Shown piece after piece: positions 28,207 through 40,200 of a stretch of DNA of 64,000 nt. The notes under the pieces were generated by a model that was given only the letters and a program-made list of their open reading frames with translations, was not told the DNA's origin and ran no database searches. Numbering within the stretch: the stretch's first letter is position 1; each line of letters starts with the position of its first letter. Source of the DNA: Spirogloea muscicola. Lineage: Eukaryota. Where the stretch lies: assembly GCA_009602725.1 (NCBI GenBank), contig WELB01000004.1:99542-163541 (forward strand), in the 5' to 3' direction. A program made the translations under genes and the position numbers.

Positions 28207-28840
28207 GGCGGCGGCGGGGCGTGCTGCAGCTTTGCCGGATTAGAAGACGGATGTGGATTCGCATAATTTAAATAGAGGCGGCTGTGAAAAGCAGCGAGCC
28301 AGGTGGCGGCAGGGAGGTGCCGGTTGTCTGGACGGGGGGCGCGCAGCCGCTGAGTGGCCGGGAAGCTACCGGCTCGCGTCACGCGTCGGCCATAGCAGCT
28401 TCCAAGAAGCTCCCGCGAGGTTAGCGGCGCCTTGCGGGTTGGCGGCGCGCTGGCCTCCCGTCAGCTCGCCCCGCAGAGCTGCGCTCCCGCTCCGCTAAAC
28501 CACACGGAACCTCAAGCTCCACGAAAGATAGTCACTCAGTAATCCCATGTACTTGGAGCAGAAGCCAAGTACAAGCAGGGACTGACGACACGAAAAGCGC
28601 GGCCGAATTGACTGTGGTGGCTGGCCCAGCGTTGACTGGCCCGCAGACAATGTACCATGCTCAGTCTCAGTCCCGAGCATGTGTGCGCGAAGCAAGCCGC
28701 TGAGCTCGAGCCCTCGGATCTTGGGGCTTGAGCTCCCGCCCACATGGTGCAGCTGCTGCCGCCCCGGCGGAGTGGCGGTGACGGTGGTGGCGTTGAACGC
28801 TCTGCCAGATCTGTGGCGATGGCGCCGGAAGCGATCCCCT

Positions 28841-28915
28841 GAAACCTCAAACTAAAACCCTAAATCTCTTAAACCCGAAACCCTAAACCTTGAATCCTGA
28901 AGCCTAAACCCTTGA
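28841..28915 (+). promoter_or_regulatory. Degenerate telomere-like array with telo-boxes (AAACCCTA) just upstream of the PUS10 ATG
   Basis: aaaaccctaaa..aaacccgaaaccctaaaccttgaatcctgaagcctaaaccct, i.e. degenerate CCCTAAA units. Confidence 0.6.
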
Positions 28916-28966
28916 CCAGACCATCGAGTACCGGAACGCCGGTGGACAGGCCGCGGCAGGGCTCCG

Positions 28967-31900
28967 ATGGCCGCCGATGAAGAGGGTGAGGTGGTGGCCG
29001 CAGTCGTGGGCGCCATTGCCGCCGCAGCTGGCGCCGCCGGCCTCGCCGTCGCAGCATACTCCTTTGGGCAGCTCAGGGTACGCGCAGCTTACCGACACGA
29101 GAGGGCCCACTAGCTGAGCCGCCGCCACTGCCGCCTCCGCCGCTGCTTCGGACGTGCCAGGCTTTGTGTCGACCGCCTGACGAAACCCAGTTGCCTGACC
29201 CCTCTGACGGCATCATCGCTTTCTTCTGTCGCTCGGCAAATTCGGCGCCGGCCTGACAGGTGTGCGGCCGCTGCGTGCTGCGTACTGCCGGCGTGCGGAG
29301 CCTGGACTACTCAGCACCCCTCCCACCGTTACGGTCCCTCCTCGCAGGCCTCGTGGCCGCCGCCTCCGAGAGAGGCGCCGCGGCGCCCGGCGTGCCTGGG
29401 AGCTGCGCCTTGGCCAGCGCCAGCAGGCCGTGCCTGCTCTGCCTGGGCGTCCTCCAGGGTATCGACGACGCTGACTCAGTCGCCGCCCACGTTGCCGATG
29501 GCGGATTTCCCGGCTCCTTAGAAGCACAGACCAAGGAAGGCGCTGCTGCCGACGAGTCTACTACTGAGCTTGACGGCAGGCCAGGGATGCCGGTATGCAC
29601 CATTGGGCTGCCTCTGGTCGACTGTGTCGCCGAGGCGGTCAGCAATGAGGGCCACGTCTCCATTGACGGCTTCTGCTTGGAGGTCACGCTGCCCGGCCTG
29701 CTCGCCCTCCGCGACCGCTCCTTCTGGTGAGCCAGCCGCTGTCGAGCCGTCCACCCTCTACGATTGCCTGGGCTCCTCTGATCTGCCATTGTCGGTGGAG
29801 TCAGCTTCTCAAGCTCGCAATTGTGGCCTTACCTGCTTTTTGCAGGTGCCACCTCCGGCAGCAATTCTCCGCTGAGAGCAATGCTGGGCTGCTGCGAGAG
29901 GAAGCATCGGTGTCTTTGAAAGAGGCTTTCAAGTGGACCTTCATTGCCCACCTGTCGCTAGCGCTGGTGCTTACACTTCTCACGGTCGAGCTGCTCTTAG
30001 CAACTTGTTAACTATAGCATGTGACCTCTTATTGACTTGCATGGTGATTCTTTAGCTGCAACTCAAAAGTCGAGCAGTCTGAAGCATTGCTGTGAGCCTT
30101 TGGTCCAGCTATGAGCTTAGCCACGCGCCAAAGGATGCCAGAAGGAAACATGTGTAGTAGTGGGATTGATGGGGTCAGAGTTCAGAATGTACATGCAATA
30201 ACAAATGTAGATGGGCATGTGCCATACTTCCATGCAGCATGCTCCATTTTCGTCGGAAGCCAACTTCAGGATTGCACTGCTCTTCTCGCACATGCGCACG
30301 AGCGAAGAGCTCAAGGGCGTGGAACCCCTCCTGTCCAGGGCTCCTGCTGCCGCAAAGCGCCGCAGGCAAGGTTGAGAACCGTGCTCCTCTGTCTGCTTGG
30401 TCCCGTGCTCCCCTTCAACGTCTGGCCAAAAGCACCATGTTGCAGGTTTAGCAGCTTCAGCAGGTGCACTCGCAGGTTTACTCGCTAACTCGGCAATCCT
30501 GGCGTCTGGATGATCAGGCCTTAAATGGGGCAGCAACAGGATGCCACGGGAGGCGACAGATTGTGGCCCGCCGGAGGTGGCTGCCAGGGCCGCGGCGCAC
30601 ATCCGCGACCAAGGCGATGCATGGGGTCGCGCCCTGCAGCTGCTTGCGGGGATGGACACCGAGGCCTTTGTGCAGCACTACGCCAGCCCTCCACGGCAGG
30701 CAAGGCTGCTGTCTCCGGGCCTTTCCCCAGACAAAGCCAGTCTTATCATCAAGTAGGAACTGCTGGGAGTCGGATTAGCATATAGAATTAGTCTCTGAAT
30801 GTTGTGAGTGTAGCTATTTCTGCCACCAGGGGCTGCCTCTCAAGCAGATGATTGAGGACATTCCGAAGAGTAGCTCGATTTGTGGTCCTCCACTTAGTGA
30901 CCCGCCTAACGCTCCCATAAGGCAGCAAACAGCTGGAGACTCGCTGCGAGCTGGCAGTTTTCTGCTGGCGCAATCCTGTCTTTCTTGGCGGTTGGTACCT
31001 GAAGGTAGGCTCCACATCTAGTTGGATAGCATCCGGAAAGAATTTCTGTTAGAGGCACAAGGATGGTTGCAACTTAAGACACTTCTTGTTGACCCAGTCA
31101 GTTCCTTGCTACAACTTCTGCTCACATAGCACAGCTCCCGTGATGCATCGCTGATGTCAGAAGGCTCCTGGACGTCTGCATCTTTGCCACGCCTGCAAGA
31201 CAATTCATGTCCTCCATCCGTGTGTGCTGGAGGCTAACTCAAACTACGCAGACATATGCATGGCGGCGTTGCCCAGTTCTCAAGGAGCATACCACAGAGC
31301 AGATGGCTGATTGACGAGGAGCGCATGGGCGATGGCTCTGTCCAGGTAATTAACTACGCCTTGTTTCGATGGCATCCAGTGTGCCTTCCTGACAGCTTCG
31401 TGGACATGTCAGCTGTGAATCTTATCCTCCTCTTTGTTGCACATACACGATTTTTAGGAAGGAGCACATAAGCTTATTCTGCATTCTTAATTGCTCTCCA
31501 TCTGCACTTGAGCGGAAGGGGATGCGACAGTGTTGTTTTTCCAATCCAGCCAGCTGGGGCAACCCTGAGTGTTACCCTGTCCTTGCAGGAACTCATTGCA
31601 GACAAGATTGTACCAAACTTTCGTGCTGACAACTACAAATTCCACGCCGCTGGGCGGGAAGATATGGACGTAAGGCCTTGTGCCAAATAGCCTGCTGTGA
31701 TGGTAGTGTCATGGGGTCATTAGTTGCAAGCATCTGCCACATTTGCAAGTGAGCTCCGTCTAGCTTGTCTGTCATACAATTCACATGGAGTTGCTACAGG
31801 ACTAGAACAGCGGAGTCATTTAAACATTGTCAATGATCTGCGTGGGATTGCTTAGTGATTATTGCGCATCTTCTCCAGGTGCTGATGCTGGGCAACGGGC

Positions 31901-33921
31901 GACCGTTCCTTGTGGAGGTTCTCAATGCCAGAGACTTGCCCTGTCAGACCAGGATTGAGGAGATGGAGGCTGCAATCAATGGCAGCAAGGAAGGATGGGT
32001 GAGGACACCTGATGGCTTCACAACGCCTTGCACCATCAGCATAGCACAGACGCTGACATACTCAACCATTGGGTTGCTGCAGGTGAAAGTCCGGAGACTG
32101 CAGATGGTGGGTCTTGAGGCTCTTGGACTCATGCGAGATGGGGAGCTCAGCAAGCAGGTGCGCCAGGCGGCCTCTTCCTCGGCCTGCCACTTGTAGCTTT
32201 GCTCGACTTATCTTGGCTCTGGGCTGCCCAAGCAGCCATCCTTTGAGGTTTCAGTCACCATTTTCACTTCATGCCCAGAAAAGGTTTTGGTCTTTGTCAC
32301 ACCTTTGTAGACGGACCAAGCAGAGTGATCTATTTGCGAGTTGGTTACAACTAACTGTAAGATTCTCGGGTACAAAGTCGTGGCCAAATTTTCATTCAAA
32401 TCATCGCACGACTTTGTGATCGTGGACCGTGAATGCTCACGGCCGTGCAAGAGGGTGCAGAAGGAGTATCGAGCTGTGGTGTGGCTCTCAAGACCAGCCA
32501 CTTCAGCGGACGTAGTTAGATTGAAAGCCCTGAAGAACATTGTGAGCATGCAACTTTCCCATGTCATGCACCCTTTGCCTTGTCTGGACGGTGATTTGCC
32601 ACTACCAGGCTGTGTGAAATGCAGAAGTGCCCAATCCCTTCTAGAGGTGGTAGAGCTTAATGGAGAGCTTGTTGGCCAAGGGTGTTAAGCCTGTTTGTTG
32701 CTGTCTCTAGCTCGATTGAAAGTCCTTGCAGGATATAACAGTTGTTCAGGTACCTTGGCCTGGCTGCCACCTCACGCTTATGGTTGTCATTGATGCACAC
32801 CTCCATGCATCATGATTATAAGACCCACATGCATCGCTTCTTTTCAGGTCATAGAGCAGCAAACTCCCATACGGGTGCTGCACAGGAGGAGCCCCTTGGT
32901 CAGGCTACGCACCATACACGAGTATGTTCCTAGCAGAGTGGGAGTGCTCCGTATCAAAAGGATATCTCAGTGAATCCTTCTGCAGATGTTTGCTTAAATT
33001 TCCTGCTCATCCTTTGGCATAGTTATTAGGAAAAGAGGAAAATAGAGCATAGTCGCTTCGCCTGAAAGCCCAGTCCTGCTTTAGTAACCCAACTATACCT
33101 CTTACAGGTGGTTTGCATCAGACATCAGGCTTCGCCTCAAGCCCACTCTGCGGCCTCTTGTGGCTGCATGATGGGCTTTGGACAATCCAGAGCTCTTATA
33201 CAAGTCCGTTATGGTTGGTTGCCCTGCGCAGCATGCGCTGCCAGCTTGTGCAGGGGTCCCCAGATTTCATCGTCCTTTACCTGTGCACTCAGGTGAGCAT
33301 GCCATTGGCACTGCACTGCAGTCGTGCTTTCTGGTGTCAATTTCAAACATTTTTCTCTGCTTATGTAGTAGCAGACGCTACCATTAACAAGCAGCTAATT
33401 GTAAGGATGCTAAGGATGCCACATAAGTTGCAGTGTAGATTGATAGCGCACGCTGACATGCTTTCTAGGAGAAATAAATGCTCCAAAAAAATTTCTCATT
33501 TTCAAATTTATATGCCTCAAAAATATCCTGTCTATGTCCATGGTCGACAGGCAGGTACATATGTCAAAGAATTTGTCCATGGCGATCTTGGTCGCACCCT
33601 ACCTAAGTAAGCCTGCTCTGCTAACCTCCTTTGATGGAAAATCACATATTGTTGCTGCTTGCTTGCTTACCACAAAGCTCTTCTCTGTTCATCTTCGCTG
33701 CCCTTGGCTGTGAGGTTGAGCTCAGGCCCAGGGGCTCCTCGGCTTGCTATCTGTTCACCACAGTCCAGATGAAGGACTGAGCTAGATACAGGTTGTATAC
33801 ATGCTATATACATGCTAATAACAAGCACTTTCTCGATTGTAACAGCTTGGGCTCACTGCTTGGATGCGAGGCAGACATACTGCAGCTTGATGTGATGGGC
33901 ATAAGAATGGAATACTTGTAG
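28967..33921 (+). CDS. PUS10: tRNA pseudouridine synthase Pus10
   Basis: Exon 1 (28967-29077) joins VCGRCVLR (CxxC). Also VFLGGWYLK|FSRSIPQSRW, catalytic FHAAGREDMD|VLMLGNGRPFLVE, KEYRAVVW, QQTPIRVLHRR, AGTYVKEFVHGDLGRTLP and ADILQLDV; stop TAG 33919-33921. Confidence 0.95.
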
Positions 33922-34249
33922 CCTCTTTTAGTACCGATATATGATTCTTACCTCCCAAAAGCTTCCCACTCTACTGGTGCTTCTGCCCAATTCCTTGCCA
34001 TCATTCTCGAGCTGGCCTCTCTTAGTCACGATTCCTCTGGAAGAGCACAATGATTCTCAATAAGCATTTCCAGTTGTTCTTCTCCGATTACCAAGACCTG
34101 CCCACTGAAGCGTCCAAAGAAGGTTGCCCAACAAATGTGGTCATGCAATATTGGCCTTCAAGCGCATCAGTGAGCATCATAAATGTAGACCTGTGAGGAT
34201 CATTGAGCATCAGATGATAATGATCCTTCTGCCATGCGCGATGAACAGC

Positions 34250-37200
34250 TCAGCTCGCAGAACGCTCCATCAGTTCAAAGTACTGCACAACAGCGGTGAT
34301 AAGGCAATCAGTAACCTTCACAATAAACGGAACGTCGTCTGACCAGAACCCATGCACGTCAGACAGTCTCACAACCTCAATGATGGTCGATCCTGTGTAT
34401 TCGTGCAAGGCAATTAAACCATCGCCTATGCACTAGGTGGATTGGCATCAAGGAGCCTCCTACAGACCTGTCGCAGGAGGTCTGCAAGTGTCCGAGGCAG
34501 GGCTTCAATGTCGTTGAGCAGAATGTAGTAGGGGAATGGGAATGTGTCGAGATATTTTGTGAACGTTGGCCCTCCCCCCGCAAATGACACAGACTGCATA
34601 GTCCCAATGGTGTGTCAGTTAAACACCTTCAGTCGCTGGGTCCAATGAGCCGAGATCAATCCAAGACGATTCAAAACATTGACACAAGGCGTATGGCACC
34701 ACAGGTCATTATGGACTACCTGCATGTCTAGGATGGAGTCTTTAGGGTTGTCCAGGACAATGAACGCCAAGAGCTGCCTCCGACTCATAGCCTCGCGCAC
34801 TCTCCTTCTCAGGCTCTCCTGCAAAATGGCCGAAAGCAGCGGCATGTCATTGCGATGGCCACCTTAGATGCTGGCATTGTTGAATACTGCACAGCCGATT
34901 TGGGTCCTCACCTTCTCGTGGAAGCGGCCGTCGGCGATAATCAACACGAGTTGCTGCAAGGTGCCCCTGCTGCTGGCGGCTGAGGCACGCAGAGCAGCTG
35001 TCTCCAGCAGCCTGCCCAGGAACTTCAGCAGGTCCACGCCCGGCTCGTCCACAATGGTGTTCTCCTGCCTGAAGGAGAATTGTGACACAACCTGACGGAC
35101 AAAAAATTGAATTGTTAAGGAAAAGAGGTACTCGCATCTGGGTTTACACTACGACTACATTGTAAAGTACTGCAAGATGTTGAGTAGGTTGGAGATGAGA
35201 TTGGATGTGCACACCTGAGCGCCTGCCTCGGAGCTGAAGGGCCGCTCGAAGGGGTGCACCAGGCGCACCTGGCCGGTCTGCCCGAAGCTCACCACCGCCA
35301 GCTGCGCAATCTCCAGCTGGCCCAGTGCCTTGGCAATCGTGGCCATGGCCTCCAGAGCCAGGTGGCCGCACCGCGTCTCCGCCATGGACCTCGAGTCGTC
35401 AATTGCCAAGAGGACCTGATAGTCCCGCTTGTTCGGCTTGGTCCTCCGTAGCCATATCTTGTCCTTCCGGAACTGGCTGGCTATGTAGGGAATCACCTGA
35501 ATCAAGCAATATTATGACATGGATGCAGATAAGTACTTGCTTGGGAAGACCATCCCACAACAAGCAGAAGCTTCGCTGGAAGCTCAGAGCAGCAGCTCCA
35601 AGATCCAGTGTTGCAATTGCAGTCTGTTCCAAAAGTTTACAAGGAGCTGGAAACTTAGCCTTAATTAATCTGAACTAATTTCATTTTTAACTCAAATTGG
35701 GCACTAGCTACACTTCGAGTTGGCTCGCACCTTCTTCATGTTGATGCGCTTGCCCGTGCGGTAATCCCCGGCCAGCTTTGTGGCCAGCGTCGGCTCGAGG
35801 ATGAGCCGCAGCTGCTCGGCGAGCTCCATGGCCAGCCGGCCTGTCAGCTGCTCCAGGTGCTGCCAGGCTGCCCGGCCCCGCTCCATGCGCAGCCCCTGCT
35901 CCTCGCCCCCGCTCTGCCACTGGTAGACCTCATGCTCCACGTCTCTGCGGACCTCCTGCGCATCCTGCTCCGACAGCCTGGGCGCCGCTTCCTCCAGAGC
36001 ACTCATATGGCGGACAGCCACGAAGCTCGACACGCCCGGCGCCTCGCCGCTATCATCCGCAGCCTCCTCCTCCTCCATCTCCACGTCGTAGTCATGCTCA
36101 TCGACTTCCTTCTCAGGCAAGAGACCGTTTGCTCTGAGTTCATCGTCCTGGTCGATAGTGGACTCGCCGAGCAGTCTGCCGCTGCGCTTCTGTGGCTCGG
36201 GCTTAGTCACAGCCTCCTCCATTGTCACCTCCGCGGCCTCCTCTGCAAGGACTTCTGCAGGCCGCTGCGGATCGTCCATCTCCTTGTCAGGGCCGTCGTT
36301 CCGCCGGTGCCGCTCTTGGAGGAGCTGCTCCTCCGTGGCCGCGCCCAGCGCCTGATCGCCACCCACCTCTTGCTTGCCCACATACTCATACTCCTTGGCC
36401 TGCCGGCCGCGGTCGCGGTCGCCGTCCTGCTCCTCCTCCTCCGCCGCTCCAGCATCCCCATCTCTCTCCTCCTCTGCGCCGCCCAGAAGCTGCACCTGCT
36501 CTTGCCACTGCCGCAGGATGTCTCCGAGGCTGCGGTTCGGGTTCGCGTCGAGGCGCTTCCGCTCCTCCGCCTCGCCCGCCGCCCTCCGCTCCTCCTCCTC
36601 GCCCTGCGGCTGCACCGTCTCCTCCCCTCGTGCCGACCTCGAGAAGCTCTGCCGCTGCTCTTCCTGGGCAGCGGCTGGCTCCCCTGGCGCAGCTCCGACC
36701 ACCTCCTGCTGCTCGACCGGCACCGGCTGCGCCTGCGACGCCTGCTGCTGGCTGTGAGACCCGGAGCTCACGCCCGCGGCAGCCTCCCCGGCCTTCCGAG
36801 AGTCCTGCGGCGCCTGCTGGAAGGCCGGCACCGGCGCAACGTCGACCGTCACGTCCTCGGCGGGCGCCGGCCCCGGAGCTCCTGCCCTCTCCAGCTCCGC
36901 ATGCACAGCCTCCTCCACGTCGCCTGCGCCCTCCTCCGGCTCCGCCTCTGCTCCCAGCTGCTTCTCCCTCTCTCCCACCTCCTCGTCAACCACATCATCC
37001 TGCGGCAGCTCGTCAGAGGCACCTTTCTTCCCTCCCTCCTCCTGTCCGCTGTCCTCCTCGGCCATTCTCTCGGTGTTCACAGCGTCCTCGGGGTGCTCTT
37101 GCTGCTGCTCGTCGCCGTCCTCAGCATCCTCCCCCTCCTTCTCCTCCTCCTCGCCGCCGTCCAGCTCCATGTCCTCCTTCAGCTCTAGCTCCTCCTCCAC

Positions 37201-40200
37201 TCTGGGCTGGATCCGGTGGGACTCCTCCGTCTCCTGACCGGCCGCGTCCCCAGTCTCATCCTCGTCCACTTCATCGGGACTGTTCTTGCCTCCTGCCTCC
37301 TCACCTCCCTCCTCCTCCTGCGCCGCAGCCTTCCGCTCCTCCTTCTGATCCCTCTCTCCCTTCTTGCCTTCTTCGCCCTCCCTCTCCTCCTCCTCCTCCA
37401 ACTCCTGCTTCGCCCGGTACTCCACCTGGTCTTCATCCACGCCCGACACGGGCGCGTCCTTCTCGAACTTCTCCTCCCTCCCCTCCTCCTTCCCGTCGCC
37501 CTCGTCGTCGCCCTCACGCCATAGCTTCTCATCAACCACCTCCTCGTCCTCGCCGCCCTTGTCGCCCATCTCTTGGTCCAGCTGCTGCTGTGGCTCATCC
37601 TCATCCTCCTCCTCCGCCTCATTCTCCTCGTACTCGTCGGAGCTGATGTCAAAGAGCTCTCCATCAAAGTCCTGCTCCATCTCGATCCCCTTCTTGTCCT
37701 TGACATCGGACTTGGGTTCCTCGTGCTCCTGCTTCTCCTTCTCCTGCGAGTCAGGAAGTCAGGGAATCATGCTCAATAATCAGAAGAAGTGTATGTGGAT
37801 TGCAGGACGTGGCATCTGCCCACAAATTGACGTAAGAATGGTAAGCACGCTGAGATGCACAATCTTTGCTTCTACCTTCTCCTCCGTTCCGACGAGCTGC
37901 TCCTCGTCCTCGATCTCGTCGCTGACGTCCTTCCTGCCCTGGCCCTCACCCATACCGGTGCCGCTAGCATCTTCCATCTGTCCGCCACCCTCGTCGCCGG
38001 CCTTCTCCTCCACCGGTGTGCAGTAGCCGTCCTTGAAGAGCGCGCAGAAGAGGTTCGCCAGGACGTATCCCAGCTTCGCAGTCTGCAGATAGAAGGAAGC
38101 CAGCGGCATTCATGTAGCTTCTGGATAAGACATAGCAGTCAGACCAGTGTGATACACAACCACTGTGATAAGAACTATGTATTGCTGCTGCAACTTGCAC
38201 GGCGCACTGATAGACTGTGCAGAGAATGAGGACAACATGGTGTGACTGTGCACGCACGCCTTTGTGAAGCCGGGCGTAGTTTCTCAGCAGGGCCAAAGCG
38301 GCGACTCTCAGCAGCTGGAGCAGGTAGTGCATGTGGTGCATGCTGGCCAGCAGCGCGGCGACGGCGTGACTCCCACCGCCGAGTAACCTCTGTGGCAGAG
38401 GAACGACATGTTGCACGTCCTCAGCTTAGGGTCGCCCAGCTTGTTGCCCAGCTTGACAATGGCAAGGAGGGGGCTGTGTTGTGCTTCTTGTGGAGATACG
38501 AATATGACTGCCCTCGTCCATCTCCAGCACATGCAAACTGAGACCCCCTTGTAGCTCAGGTCTCACCAGATTCTCAATCGTTCTGCCCACCGCGGAGGCC
38601 ACCTTGTCCAGCCGCAGCGCCTCCATCTGCTCCAAGATTCTGGCAGACCAGCTCATGATGGTGCCTTCGACAGCAAGCGTCACCTGATCTGTGTCAGTCT
38701 GCTCTTGTACACTGCTGTGACAGCTATCTCTGCTCTCCAAGTCTTCAGTAGCACCACCATTGTCCGGCACCTCGCATGGCCGGTTGTCAGTGGTCTCCGA
38801 CTGCACCGGAGACGCAGCGCTGACCTCCCGGTTGAGCCGCACCAAGGCCTGCGTGGCCTTGAGTACCTCCTGGATGGCCCGCTCACACTCTGCAGAGAGG
38901 CTCTCTGCGGCTGGCCCATCAAGGACGCGCGTAGCAGGCTGCTCAGCCTCGAAGGCTTGCTCCAGTCGATGCCCCTGCAACAGACAGTGCCAACGGGCTA
39001 AGCTGCCTCAAATTGCAATTCGATGATCTACTGAAGCTAAAACACGGGGCTCACCATTATCACCTCAATGATTACTCAACACAACTTGCAGCGTGTATCA
39101 GCACACTGAATACAGGAGAAACATATTATTCTACCCTTCAGCTTCATGGCCTCATTGCAGACAGCAATGGGCACGTATGACACAACAAATAGACAAACAA
39201 GACATCAGACTTTGCTTAAGATCCAAAACAGTGCAGATGGCTGATTTGGCCAAATTTGTTAAGTATTTAGCGACTTGTGCAGGTCAAGAAGTCACGGCAA
39301 AGGTAGACATTGCCACTCATGGTAGTCAAATTCCTTCAGCTGTGTACCTCGTCCAAGCTTTGCTTGAGGGATTCCCAGCCAGGCATCACTCTCCTCCTTC
39401 CATACTCAGCTTGTATGGCTGCCTCCCATCTGACTCGGATCTCGCCCACCATGTGAAAATTCTGAGCGACCAGGTCGCGCATGGCCGGCGTCACAATGAT
39501 TGGCAGCTTGCGGCTTGTGTTGAGCATGCTTGGTCCACCGAAAAGCACGGTGTCCAAACGCTCCTGCACAATAAGAGTCATCTGTAAGGACTTTGTCTTT
39601 GCATCTGCCTTGGCATAGACATCATCACATTCGACAACGGACACATCAGCCTGAACGGAAACTTAATACAACTGCCAGCTTTGCCTGCAGAACCTGTACC
39701 TTGCAAGAACTTATCTTGCCAGCGGAGTCCATCAGAAGTTTCTCTGCGGATGTCACTGCAAGGATGGAGGGAGCTGAGCCTTGCCCATAAGAGCAAGCCG
39801 TGACACCTAATCTCACAGCTGTTGATATTAACAAGTGCATGTCAAGCAGCATGCTGCTTAATGTATCCAAATAGGCCTGCAGACAACATTGGCCAGTGTC
39901 AGTGTCATCTTAAATAGCTGACAGTAACGCTCGCTGCTCTCCTAGAATTCTGTAGATTTAGTTCTGTATAAATCTTCGCAAGTATCTGGAGCAACAGATG
40001 CTGATAAATACCTTCTGGCGCTGAATCCAGATGATTGTTGGCGCTTGCGGAGGCAAGTCTTCCACACCACCTGCTTGACATAATGTGTACAAGTGATTGA
40101 GAAGTAGCACAATGCACACAAGCACTCTGACTGAAGAAGCACCCACGCTAATCAATTGCCACAGACAGACTTGAGAAACAGCATCCTATGCTCACCTAGG

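Noticed and set aside
27183..28382. 399-aa minus-strand ORF
   Set aside because: Read-through of GC-rich introns and off-frame exons of ceQORH paralogue 2.
35857..37646. Long + strand ORFs (443 and 474 aa)
   Set aside because: Antisense shadows of the GC-rich D/E-rich MDN1 exon, with low-complexity products.
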